The position numbers and the translations under genes are program-made. The notes under the pieces were generated by a model, which was given only the letters and a program-made list of their open reading frames with translations, did no database searches and had not been told where the DNA came from. Positions 49,060-61,305 of a DNA stretch of 64,000 nt are shown one piece after another. How positions within the stretch are numbered: position 1 is the first letter of the stretch; each line of letters starts with the position of its first letter. This stretch comes from Mobula hypostoma (lineage: Eukaryota): contig NC_086097.1 of NCBI RefSeq assembly GCF_963921235.1, positions 123,196,001 through 123,260,000 on the forward strand, given 5' to 3'.

Positions 49060-50503
49060 CAGTGCCTATAAAAAGTATTCTTCCCCCCCCCCCCCATTGG
49101 AAGTTTTAATGTTTTATTGTTTTACAACATTCAATCACAGGGGATTTAATTTGGCTTTTTTGACACTGATAAACAGAAAAAAAACACTTTTGTGTCAAAG
49201 TGAAAACAGATCTCTACAAAGTGATCTAAATTAACTACAAATATAAAACACAAAATAACTGACTGCGTAAGTATTCACCTCCGTTTAATATGACACACCA
49301 AATCATCAGTGGTGCAGCCAATTGGTTTTAGAAGTCACATAATGAGTTAAATGGCGATCACCATGTGCCGTCAAGGTGTTTCAATTGATGGAAGTAAAAA
49401 TATACCTGCATCTGGAAAGTACAACTGCTGGTGAGTCAGTATCTTGGCAAAAACTACATCATGAAGATAAAAGAACAGTCCAAGCAATTCTGAGAGAATT
49501 CTGAGAGAACTATTCTATGTTTCTATGTTCTATGTTATTGAAAAGTATAAGTCAGGAGATGGATACAAGAACATGTCCAAGTCACTGAATATTCCCTAGA
49601 GTACAGTTAAGTCAAATCATCAAGAAATGGAAAGAATATGGTACAGCTGTAAATCTGCCTAGAGCAGGCAGTCCTCAAAAAGTGAGTGAAGGGGACTAGT
49701 GAGGGAGGCCACCAAGAAACCTACGACAACTCCAGAGGAGTTACAAGCCCCAGTGGTTCAGATGGGAGAGACTGTGCATAGATCTGTTGCCTGGGTGCTT
49801 CACCAGTCATAGCATTATAGGAGAGTGGCAAAGAGAAAGCCACGGTTGGACAAAAAACTCACATGAAATCTTGGCTAAAGTTTGCCAGAAGGAATGTGGA
49901 AGACTTTGAATTTAGCTGGAAGAAGGTTCTATGATTTGATGAAACCAAAATTGAACTTTTTCGCCATCAGACTAAACACTATGTGTGGCATAAGCCAAAC
50001 ACCGCACATCATCAAAAACACACTATCCCCACTGTGAGGCAAGGTGGTGGCTGCATCAGACTGTGGGAATGCTTCACTGCAGCAGGTCCTGGAATGCTTG
50101 TGAAGGGAGAAAATAAAATGAATGCAGCAAAATACAGGGAAATCCTGGAAGGAAAACCTGATGCAGTCTGTGACTTGAGAAGAGTTGTTTTCCAGCAAGA
50201 CAATGACCCCAAGCATAAAGACAAAGCAACACAGGAATGGTTTAAAAACAACATGGTTAATATCCTGGAGTGGCCAAGTCAGAGTCCAGGCCTCAATCCA
50301 ATTGAAAATTTGTGGCTGGACTTGGAAAAAGGCTGTTCACTCATGATCCTCATGCAATCTGACAGAGCTTGAACAGTTTTGTAAAGAAGAATGGAGGTCT
50401 CTCTTTACGCTGATGATTTATTGGTTTATATATCTAACCCTGACGAATCCATTCCTAAAATTATTTAATTAATTTGGAGGGTTTTTTTTTCAGAAGAATG
50501 GAG
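49060..50503 (+). mobile_element. Tc1-family (DD34E) DNA transposon with decayed transposase; right end missing
   Basis: TA-cagtgcctataaaaagtattc TIR; transposase from 49461 (MKIKEQSKQ..KSGDGYK..SKSLNIP..TVKS); FDETKIELF, PTVRQGGG, FQQDNDPKH, WPSQSPGLNPIENLW. Confidence 0.93.
50397..50491 (+). mobile_element. 95-bp internal fragment of an L1-clade reverse transcriptase inserted into the Tc1 transposase
   Basis: Translates VSLYADDLLVYISNPDESIPKII; flanked by exact agaagaatggag repeats (50385-50396, 50492-50503). Confidence 0.8.
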
Positions 50504-50511
50504 AAAAAAAA

Positions 50512-52001
50512 CCCATAGAAAATAGGTGCAGGAGTAGGCCATTCGGCCCTTCGAGCCTGCACAGCCATTCAGTATGATCATGACTGATAATCCAACTCAG
50601 AACCCTGTACCTGCCTTCTCTCCATACCCCCCGAACCCTTTAGCCACAAGGGCCATATCTAACTTCCTCTTAAATATAGCCAATGAACTGGCCTCAACTG
50701 TTTCCTGTGGCAGAGAATTCCACAGATTAACCACTCTCTGTGTGAAGAAGTTTTTCTTAATCTCGGTCCTAAAAGGCTTCTGCTTTATCCTCAAACTGTG
50801 ACCCCTCGTTCTGGTCTTCCCCAACACCAGGAACAAGCTTCCTGCATCTAGCCTGTCCAATCCCTTTAGAATTTCATACGTTTCAATAAGATCCCCCCTC
50901 AATCTTCTAAATTCCAACGAGTATAAGCCTAGTCGATCCAGTCTTTCATCATATGAAAGTCCTGCCATCCCAGGAATCAATCTGGTGAACCTTCTTTGTA
51001 CTCCCTCTATGGCAAGAATGTCAGTCCTCAGATTAGGGGACCAAAACTGCACACAATACTCCAGGTGTGGTCTCACCAAGGCCTTGTACAACTGCAGTAG
51101 TACCTCTCTGCTCCTGTACTCGAATCCTCTTGCTATGAATGCCAGCATACCATTCGCCTTTTTCACCACCTGCTATACCTGCATGCCCACTTTCAATGAC
51201 TGGTGTATAATGACACTCAGGTCTCATTGCACCTCCCCTTTTCCTAATTGGCCACCATTCAGATAATAATCTGTTTTCCTGTTTTTGCCACCAAAGTGGA
51301 TAACCTCACATTTATCCACATTAAATTGCATCTGCCATGAATTTGCCCATTCGCCTAACCTATCCAAATCACCCTGCATCCTCTTAGCATCCTCCTCACA
51401 GCTAACACTGCCGCCCAGCTTTGTGTCATCCGCAAACTTGGAGATGCTGCATTTAATTCCCTCATCTAAGTCATTAATATATATTGTAAACAACTGGGGT
51501 CCCAGCACTGAGCTTTGCGGTACCCCACTAGTCACTGCCTGCCATTCTGAAAAGGGCCCGTTTATTCCCACTCTTTGCTTCCTGTCTGCTAACCAATTCT
51601 CTATCCACATCAATACCTTACCCCCAATACCGTGTGCTTTTAGTTTGCACACTAACCTCCTGTGTGGGACCTTGTCAAAAGCCTTTTGAAAATCCAAATA
51701 TACCACATCCACTGGTTCTCCCCTATCCACTCTACTAGTTACATCCTCAAAAAATTCTATGAGATTCATCAGACATGATTTTCCTTTCACAAATCCATGC
51801 TGATTTTGTCCGATGATTTCACTGCTTTCCAAATGTGCTGTTATCACATCTTTGATAACTGACTCTAGCATTTTCCCCACCACCGATGTTAGGCTAACCG
51901 GTCTATAATTCCCCAGTTTCTCTCTCCCTCCTTTTTTAAAAAGCGGGGTTACATTAGCCACCCTCCAATCCTCAGGAACTAATCCAGAATCTAAAGAGTT
52001 T
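50512..52001 (-). mobile_element. CR1 LINE, 5'-truncated, young (RT ORFs 51224-51961 and 50597-51169)
   Basis: NYRPVSLTSV..QHGF..YLDFQKAFDKVPH..KFADDTK..HLEYCVQFWSP with essentially one frameshift; 3' UTR present. Confidence 0.95.
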
Positions 52002-52051
52002 TCCTGTTCAGTTTTCCCTTGAACATTTCACCTTTCACCCTTAACCCATGA

Positions 52052-52054
<3 letters not shown>

Positions 52055-52085
<31 letters not shown>
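52055..52085 (+). repeat. (TC)n microsatellite inside a decayed CR1 fragment (about 52002-52220)
   Basis: Uninterrupted tc run. Confidence 0.95.
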
Positions 52086-52086
<1 letters not shown>

Positions 52087-52290
52087 GTCTCAAGTAAGCT
52101 CAATAAAAAATGCTTGCCCATATATCCTTCATAATTTTGTATACCTTTATCAAATCTCGTCCTCATTCTCCTACGCTCCAGGGAATAACGTTCTAACCCA
52201 TCAACCTTTCCCTATAATTTGGATATTACTTGTCCCTCAGCTCAGATGGGAGGGCAACACAATACTGAGGTTAACAGGAAGGCAATTCCA

Positions 52291-52495
52291 GAACGCAAAC
52301 ACGAGGAACCCAGCAGATGCTGGAATTTCAAGCAACACACACAAAAAATGCTGGTGAACGCAGCAGGCCAGGCAGCATCTATAGGAAGAGGTACAGTCGA
52401 CATTTCGGGGTCTCAGCCTGAAACGTCGACTGTACCTCTTCCTATAGATGCTGCCTGGCCTGCTGCGTTCACCAGCATTTTTTGTGTGTGTTGCT
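52291..52495 (-). mobile_element. Young Penelope-derived hairpin insertion
   Basis: Exact 10-bp TSD ggcaattcca (52281-52290, 52496-52505); perfect 71-bp inverted repeat (52331-52401 / 52425-52495) plus an unpaired tail of about 40 nt. Confidence 0.9.
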
Positions 52496-53975
52496 GGCAA
52501 TTCCACAAGATGGTTAGTGGAGCTTTTCCACTGACATTCCCTGCAATTCTCTTCAACTAATAGAAAATATGGAGGACAATACTACTTGATAAGCATTGAT
52601 AGGTTTCATTTATGTTTGCACGGGATATATTGATACAAAATAGTTCTGTTTCTTTTTCTTTCCATGCGGGGGTTGGGGCAGGTTTTCTTTCAACAATTTC
52701 CATGGTTTTTTTCTGTACTTTATGGCTATCTGGAGAAGACAAACCTCAAAGTTGTATTCTGCATGCATACTTCAATAAAAAAAAGGAACTTTGAATCTTT
52801 GATCAAATGCATTTCATTGCATGTTTCAATGTACATGCTAGTAAAGCTAGTCTTTTCTTTCTCGGTAAGTCAGGAAGTGAAAGCACATTCACATGTAATA
52901 GATTGGCTGAAGTGATAACTCTAGCCATATGGTGTGCACTGTTCCGCAGTAAACATGCTCAGGATCATGGCCTGCAGGTTTCCCACAAAGACCATGACAT
53001 GATAGGGAATGTGGTGACACAGGAGTCAGATCCATGGCTCTAAGCAAATGGCTTTTAATCATTGCACCCATCCTCCTCTCAGTCAAAACCCACATGCTGT
53101 CAGGAAAGCGATCTGAGTCTGCCCTTGTACAAGAAGTGAAGCTACCATCCATTATAACAGACAGACCAGATATATTAGAAGAAAACGGTTTGGGAATTAA
53201 ATCCAGACTGAATGAATATACTTAGTCTGAGCACTTTGCAAACAGTTCTTTATAAGCTTTTAGAGCATATTGGAAGTACATTTAAAGTTCTGTTACTCAA
53301 CAAAATATAATTGAAATGCATTGACTATAATCATGTGCATTGAAAGCACAAGTGGACGAATAGAGCAAATTCAAAACAACACAACCTGTTGGTCAATTCT
53401 GCATCCAATGATTATGTATTAGACCATAAGACATAAGAGTAGAACTTATAGATTCACCACTCTCTGGCAAAAGAAATTCCTCCTCATCTGTTCTAAAGGG
53501 ACATCCTTCTATTCTGAGGCTGTGCCCTCTGGTCCTAGATTCCCCCACTATAGGATACATTCTTTCCACATCTACTCTACCTAGGCCTTTCAATATTTGA
53601 TAGACTTCAATGAAATCCACCCCCTCCCCAATTCTTTTTAATTCCAGTGAATACTGGCTCAGTGCTATCAAATGCTTTTCATTCACAGCATCATTCCAGT
53701 GAACCTCCTCTGGGCCCTCTCCAATGTTAGCACATTCTTTTTTTGATAAGGACCCAAAACTGCTCACAACGCTCCAAGTGTGGTCTGAGCAATGTTTGAT
53801 AAAGTCTCAGCATCATTACATCCTTGCGTTTGTATTCTAGTCATGTTGAAATGAATGCCAAAGTTCATATACATTAGCCTTCCTCAACAATGACTCAACC
53901 TGCAAGTTAACCTTTAGCAAATTCTGCACCAGGACTCCCAAGTCCCTTTGCACCTCTGATTTCTGAACTCACTGC

Positions 53976-54173
53976 TGTTGTGTATGTGGCCATTTACACA
54001 ACAATATCATTAGTAAAAATGCTAGAGACTGGAGCTAAGTTAACAGGGGCTTTTTCTTACGGAACCCGAACTGAACACATATATACAGATCAATACGCGC
54101 CTAATAGCACATGCTCAATAGCGTGTTACTACGACATAAAGTAGTCCCATATTATACCATATTATATGGTACA
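53976..54173. mobile_element. Short insertion, possible solo-LTR-like element
   Basis: Interrupts CR1; TG...CA ends; flanked by actgc / actga. Confidence 0.35.
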
Positions 54174-54651
54174 ACTGACCAGTTAGAAAACAGCTCACAC
54201 CTTTATTTCTTCTATGAAAGTGCATCACTATATACTTCCCTATATTATATGCCATCTGCCAGTTCTTCGTCCATTCTCCTAAGCTGACCAAGTCTTTCTG
54301 CAGATTCCCTACTTTCTCAACTCCACTTGCCACTCCACCTATGTTTGTATCATCTGCAAACTTGGCCACAAAGCCATTGATTCCATCATCCAGGTCATTA
54401 GCATATGACGTGAACAGGAGTTCCCAACACTAGTCAACGATATCCAAGCAGAAGATGCCCTCTTTATTCCCACTCTTTGCTTCCTGCAAGTCAGTTAATC
54501 TTCTGTCCATGCTAATATCCTTCAAGTAATACCATGGGTTTCTAAAAAACGCAAACACGAGAAATTCTGCAGATGCTGAAAATTTTCAAGCAACACACAT
54601 CAAAGTTGCTGGTGAACGCAGCAGGCCAGGCAGCATCTCTAGGAAGAGGTA

Positions 54652-54689
54652 CAGTCGACGTTTCAGGCTGAGACCCTTCATCAGGACTA
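54652..54689 (-). ncRNA. Minimal type I hammerhead ribozyme (PLE-associated), intact core
   Basis: Minus strand: UAGUC-CUGAUGA-AGG gucucag CCU-GAAA-CGUC^GACUG. Stem I UAGUC/GACUG, stem II AGG/CCU, palindromic ACGU stem III, GUC cleavage triplet. Confidence 0.75.
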
Positions 54690-55244
54690 ACTGAAGAAAG
54701 AGCTAGTAAGAGATTTAAAAGTGGGAGGGGGAGGGGGGAGATCCAAAATGATAGGAGAAGACAGGAGGGGGGAGGGATGGAGCCAAGAGCTGGACAGGTG
54801 ATTGGCCAAAGGGGTATGACAGGATCATGGGACAGGAGCCCCAGGGAGGAGGAAAAGGGGGAGGGGGGAAAAAACCAGAGGATGGGCAGGGGGTATAGTC
54901 AGAGGGACATAGGGAGAAAAAGGAGAGTGAGAGAAGGAATGTGTGTATATAAATAACAGATGGGGTACAAGGGGGAGGTGGGGCATTAGCGGAAGTTAGA
55001 GAAGTCAATGTTCGTGCCATCAGGTTGGAGGCTACCCAGACGGAATCCTCTACTGTAAAGATGAAGCCACACTCAGGTTGGAGGAACAACACCTTATATT
55101 CCGTCCCATGATCCTCTCATACCCCTTTTGCCAATCACCTGTCCAGCTCTTGGCTCCATCTCTCCCCCTCCTGTCTTCTCCTATCATTTTGGATCTCCCC
55201 CTCCCCCTCCCACTTTTAAATCTCTTACTAGCTCTTTCTTCAGT

Positions 55245-55282
55245 TAATCCTGACGAAGCGTCTCGGCCTGAAACGTCGACTG
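55245..55282 (+). ncRNA. Minimal hammerhead ribozyme motif, second (inverted) copy
   Basis: uaauc-CUGACGA-agcgucucggccu-GAAA-CGUC^GACUG. Core intact, one mismatch each in stems I and II. Confidence 0.6.
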
Positions 55283-55754
55283 TACCTCTTCCTAGAGATG
55301 CTGCCTGGCCTGCTGCGTTCACCAGCAACTTTTATGTGTGTTACCATGGGTTTTTATCTTGTTTAGCAACCTGTGCACTACCTTGTCAAAGGTCTTCTGA
55401 AAATCCAAATAAACAATATCCTCTGACTCTTCTTTGTCTATCCTGCCTGTTATTTCCTCAAAGAATACCAACTAATTTGTTAGACAAGATTTCCCCTTCA
55501 GGAAATCATGACGACTTTGGCCTAGTTGAGTGTGTGCCTCCAAGTATCACAAAATCACATACTTCGTAATGGAATTTAACATCTTGCCAATCACTGTGGT
55601 CAGGCTAACCGGCAGTAACTTCCTGTCCTTTGTCTCCCTCCCTTCTTGAAGAATGAACTGATTACCTGATTAGGCAATTGTCATGCCCAAAGCAATCAAG
55701 ACATCTTGGCTTTGTATATACATTTGACTAACCCACAATAAAACTCTTTTTGGA

Positions 55755-56025
55755 GATACTGTATGGAAAAGGCCCTTCTGGCCCTTCGAACCACACCTCC
55801 CAGCAATTCCCCCAATTTAATCTGAGCCTAATCACAGGACAATTTATAATGATCAATTAACTTACCAAATGGTACATCTTGCGACTGTGGGAGGAAACTG
55901 GAACACCTGGGATAAATGCACATGGTCACAGGCAGCACATACAATCTCCTTACAGGCAATGGCAGGAATTGAACCTGGGTCGCTGTACTGTAAAGTGTTG
56001 TGCTGACCACTACACTGCCATGCCA
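55755..56025 (-). mobile_element. V-domain SINE
   Basis: Same subfamily as 26135-26355. Confidence 0.8.
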
Positions 56026-56319
56026 CACGTGAAGGATAACCAATGCCTGCTGATAACAAGTGTAAAATTTGTATACTGAATTAGCAAGACCAAGATATTT
56101 ACCTAGGTGGGCCTGCCCCATACATTTGTAAAATGAAGCCCAGATAAAGAAAGCCAGCACCATCTAACCAAAAACCCCATGTACCTTTATGAACAAGCTG
56201 TCCTGGTCATTATCCAAAATATTCTGTGCTACCATGGACAAGATGCTTATAGGTAGTCCAAAGCTATTGATTCAACCGAGATGATACTGCAATTGCAACT
56301 GCCAAGCATGAAAAAGATA

Positions 56320-57405
56320 TTGATTATTGTTTATTGATTACTGCCCGGTTTTAAATGCCATTAGTATTAATCAACAAACTCCAAGAACTGGAACCTCTGT
56401 ACCTCCCTCTGCAACAGGAATCATTGACTCCCTCATCGAGAAGCTACAGTCCGTGCAAATCCGAAATAACACCTCCTTGTTGAAAATCAATACTGGCGCA
56501 ACTCAAGAATATGTGCATAACCCACTGTTCTACTCTATCTGCACCAATGATTATGTGACTGTGCACAGCTCAAACACCATCTATAAATATGACACAACTA
56601 TGGTTAGCAGAACTTGAGATGGTGACGATGAGGCGCTCGGGAGTGAGATAGATCAGCTGGTTGAGCAGTGTTGCAACAACAATCCTGCACTCAGTGTCAG
56701 TAAGACTAGGGAACTGATTGTGGACTTCAGGAAGGGCAAGTCAAGGGAACACATGCCAGTCCTTATCAATGGAACAGCAATGAAAAAGGTGAGCAGTTTC
56801 AAGTTCCTGGGTGTCTACAACTCTGTAGATCCATCCTGTGCCCAATATAGGCAATGACATGGGCTATATTTCATTAGGAGTCTGAGGAGATTTGGTATGT
56901 CGCCAAAGGCTAGCAAATTTCTACAGATGTGCCATGGGGAGCATTCTAACTGGTTGCATCACCATCTGGAATGGAGGGGCCTCTGCACAGGATTGGAAAA
57001 AGCTGCAGAGAGTTGAAAAGGTCAGCCAGTTCCATCATGACACTAGTCACCCCAGCAACAAGGACATCTTCAAAGGGCAATGCCTCAAAAAGGCAGCATC
57101 CATCATTAATGAAACCTATCACCCAGGACATGCCCTCTTCTCATTTCTACCATCAGAGAGGAGGTACAGGAACCTGAAGACATATACTCAATATTTTAGG
57201 AACAGCATTTTACCCTCTACCACCAGATATCAAGGGATAATGAACTCATGTACACTACCTCACTATTTTTTGCTCTTTTGCACTACTTAAATTTACTGTG
57301 TATATATATATCTCCTGCAATTTATAGCTTTTTTTAAATTATGTAGTGCAAAGTACTGCCACTACAAAGCAACAGATTTCGCAGATTTCGCAACATATGC
57401 TGATT
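56320..57405 (+). mobile_element. Rex1/Babar-like LINE RT fragment and 3' end
   Basis: INTGATQ..PLFYSICTND; LANFYRCAMGSILTGCITIWNG..LPSERRYRNLK. Confidence 0.88.
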
Positions 57406-57489
57406 CTCAAATATCCTGAGAGCCTCAGTGATATTCAGGAGGCTTCAGGAGACATTAATCTCTGGAGCAGGAACTGACTCTACACAAAA

Positions 57490-58010
57490 AGTACAACAAA
57501 AGGACTACAAAAAGTAGTGGATACAGCACTCCCCACCAGGGAGCACATCTACACAAGGCGCTGCTGCAGGAAAGCAGCATCCATTATCAGGGACCCCCAC
57601 CACCCAGCCCATGCTCTCTTCCCGCTGCTCTCATCAGGAAAAAGGTACAGGAGCCTCAGGACTCAAACCACCAGATTCCAGAACAGATATTACCCCTCAA
57701 CCATCAGACTCTTGAACTAACAAGATAACTTCACTAACTTCACTCACCCCAACAATGAACTGTTACACAACCTATAGACTCACTTTCAAGGACTTTACAA
57801 CTCCTATTCACGATAATTATTGCTGAATTATTGTTTTCTTTTGTATTTACAGTTTGTCTTTTGCACATTGGTTGTTTGTCCTACTGGGTGTGGTATTTTA
57901 TTGATTCTATTGTGTTTCTCAGATTACTGAGAATCGCCACTATAAAACAAATCTTTTACCATTGTATATGGTGACATATACATACTTTGATAATAAAGTT
58001 ACTTTGAAAA
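57490..58010 (+). mobile_element. Rex1-like LINE 3' end
   Basis: KAASIIRDPHHPAHALFPLLSSGKRYRSLRTQTTRFQNRYYPSTIRLLN; ataataaagttactttgaa tail. Confidence 0.88.
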
Positions 58011-59059
58011 AGAAGTGGCTTATTTAAGCCTGAAAGTGGACACAACAATGAGTTTTGAACCAATTCAGGAAAAAGTGGAAGTTATTGTCAACGCTCGAAA
58101 ATCTAATAAGATCACCAAGTTCTAAGCTTTCCTGAAAGGCCTTCAACTGGAAACATCAAACCTGCCTCAGCTTCTACATATGGAGCCTGATCTGCTGAGT
58201 GGCTTCAGCACTTTTTTTTAATACACTTCTTTGAAAACTTAGGAAAAGCTAAGCCAAAAATTCAATTCTTATGTATCAATATTCTAAAATATAATGGATT
58301 TTAAGTGTTTTTACAAGTTATTTATGCAGGTAACATCTTAATTTTGTATTTTTGTTCCAATTTTATATTTTGTACCAATCTTTATAATTTTACTACATAA
58401 AAGTATTAGTAAAATGTTCTTTGTTTCCTGCTCGTGAGCTTTCCTCAACCTGATCGATAGCTCTGCCAGCATTTTTTTATAAAGATTAGCTTTACTTGTC
58501 ACATGTATATAAAAACAACAGTGAACTGAATTGTATACATCAAATCAAATCAACGAGGATTGTGCTGGGCAGCCGGTAGGTTGTGGGTGGAGAAGAAGGA
58601 GAACACTGATATGTGAAGGCATGTGAAATACCATTTGCAAAGGCAATATTTTCAACTTTCACAAGCATGTCAACTAACTGTGTGGTTGCCTTGCCTTTAT
58701 TAGAGGCCAGGAGCAAAGTAGTGCAATAGGAAACACATCAGTTGCATGTTCTCAGTACACACTACCATCTTCCAACACCCCTGTAGCATGTTTTACAAGT
58801 CCTCGGATAAACAGCCTAAGTTGTAATGTTGTTCAGCAGGTGGCACGCCATGTTTCAAACAGATGCACAAATTGCTCTAACTGGACATCACTCAACCAGA
58901 TGTTGAGCTCTATTCTGCTTCATTTTCTCTGTTCTCTGTGTGAGTTATGTTATATTACAGAGGCATTGAAAATATTCATAAAACGAACTAGTAGCCTTTC
59001 AGCAGTATCATAACGTCAATCCAAACATCCCATTCCCATGCAGTGTTTTTGTAAAAGAC

Positions 59060-59415
59060 AGGAACAAAATTAGGCCATTCAGCCCATTGAATCTGCTCTC
59101 CCCATTATTTTTCTTTTTAACCCCATTCTCCTGCCTTCAGTCTGTAACCTTTCACGCCCTTAATAATCATAAGACCATGAAATATAGGAGCAGAATTAGG
59201 GCATTTAGCCCAGCGAGTCTGTTCTGCCAGTTGATCCTGGCTGGTTTATTATCCCTCTGAACCGTTTTTTCCTGCCTTCTCCCTGTACCCTTTGGCACCC
59301 TTATGATCAAGTATCTATCAGCCTCCGTTTAAAATATACCCAACAACATGTGTGGTCTACACAGCCATCCACAGCAATGAGTTCCACAGACCCACCCCTC
59401 AGACTAGGAAATTCC
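59060..59415 (-). mobile_element. Two CR1 3' UTR fragments
   Basis: aattaggccattcagcccattgaatctgctc and cataagaccatgaaatataggagcagaattagg reverse tails. Confidence 0.75.
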
Positions 59416-59521
59416 TATGAGAGCCCTTAAAACTTGCCACGTACTGTAGGTATTTTCCCTTCGTTACTCATCTACTGATTATAACTGTGTGTACTCTACA
59501 GTAACAGTTCGAAGTCCATTA

Positions 59522-59782
<261 letters not shown>

Positions 59783-60089
59783 TCACTGATCAGAGCACTG
59801 AGAAAGCTTTTCACTTTTACTGGTTACAACCAGTTCATCACAGGAAAAGCCCTCCCTACGATTGAACCCATCTACAAAGAATGCTGTCACTAGAAAGCAG
59901 CGACCATCATCAAGCAGGTACGGGATACTCGGGTCCCACACCACCAGGTTCAGGGCAGTTATTACCCTACAACCATCAAGCTCCTGAATCAGCGTGGAAA
60001 ATGTAACTCATGGTCTCAGTTTGTGTGAATTAATTAATTGGTCGGATAATTAAGTCATTGATTTTATTTGCCCAGTTTGATGTCATAAG

Positions 60090-60350
60090 TGGAAGGTAAA
60101 GGGCTGAAGAATAAGATAGGTGAGGAGGAAGGGAAGGAGGAGAGACAGATGAGGTGGTAGGCAGGTGAGGAGAAGAACAGCTGATGTTTCAGTCCTGATG
60201 AAGGGTCCCAGCCCAAAACATTCATTGCTTATTTCGCATTCCAAAGTGCTGTTTTATTTCCCCTAAAACAGAATTTTGCCTGTGTTACTCTGGATTCCTC
60301 GCTATTGATGTGGCCTAATGCTGCTGAGTTCCTCCAGCATTTTGTGTGTG
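60090..60350. mobile_element. Penelope-derived fragments
   Basis: cagtcctgatgaagggtcccagcccaaaac (degenerate hammerhead-like) and gctgagttcctccagcattttgtgtg. Confidence 0.65.
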
Positions 60351-60894
60351 ACCCTCCTCTTTCTCCTCTTTTGAGGCAATGCTCAATAAAAGTCAGCAGC
60401 CCATCTATAACTCACTCAGAATCAATAATTGAGTGTATGGCGTTAAGAAACTGCCTTTATCAGGTTATCCTTAGCTCAACGTTTGGACATTGGGATAAAC
60501 TAATGATCCAGTGTTCAACTGGAAAGTTAGTTATCCAGGCAGGTGGAGTTAAAAATCTACAGTAAATGTCTCTTTGCCTGACAAATTACCTGCTTGGAGG
60601 TCATCCTCACTAACTGGCTTAGTTTCACGTCAGACAGAAAGGAGTTTGTTTTAATATGCAGACACAAATGAGGAGGATTAACACAAATCCCTATTTGCTT
60701 TTACAGATTACAACTAAGAGGGAGCAGAAGGGAATCGGATCTCTGGAGCTCTAATCTTGAGCCAGGAAGTCCATTCAAGGATTTACCCATTCAACAGATA
60801 GGGTAAATGCAAGCAGGTTTTTTCCACTAAGGTTGGGTGAGACTAGAGCTAGAGGTCATAGGTTAAGGATAAAAGGTGAAATATTTGAGGGGGA

Positions 60895-61305
60895 ACTCAA
60901 ACTTTGCCAGTTCCTTAATGGGCTCTAACCTCGCCATCATGACATCTTCAAAAGGCAATGCCTCAAAAAATGATACCCATCATTAAGGACCCTTATCATC
61001 CCTGACGCACCCGCTTCTCATTGCTACCACCAAGGAGGAGGTACAGGAGCCTGAAGACATCCACTCAAGGCTTCAGGAACAGCTTCTTCCCCGCCACCAT
61101 CAGAATTTCAGAATGGACAAATGAACTCATCAACACTTATTCAGTATTTTTTCCTCTCCTGTTGCACTACTTATTTAATTTTCTTTTTTTATATGATCTA
61201 TATGGTTTATTGTAAATTATAGTTTTTATTTCATATTATAATGCATTGCTGCCAAAAATACAACAAATTTCAAGACCTATCCCCAGTAATACTAACCTGA
61301 TTCAC
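60895..61305 (+). mobile_element. Rex1-like LINE 3' end
   Basis: LLPPRRRYRSLKTSTQGFRNSFFPATIRI. Confidence 0.82.

Larger units (their letters stand above)
54542..55341 (-). mobile_element. Young Penelope-like element 3' end with 5' inversion
   Basis: Exact 12-bp TSD taccatgggttt (54530-54541, 55342-55353); C-terminal FRLGSLQPDGTNIDFSNFR* on minus with upstream LYCKDEATLRLEEQHLIFR inverted; inverted arms of about 245 bp. Confidence 0.92.
53420..55650 (-). mobile_element. Older CR1 copy interrupted by two insertions
   Basis: YSLELKRI..SRTRGHSL, AKFADDTNIGG and upstream RT remnants are colinear across the inserts at 53976-54173 and 54542-55341. Confidence 0.85.

Noticed and set aside
60580..60660. 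Possible upstream CCDC102 exon (minus-strand donor-like aagcag|gtaatt)
   Set aside because: The upstream sequence gives no coiled-coil-like open frame resembling CCDC102.
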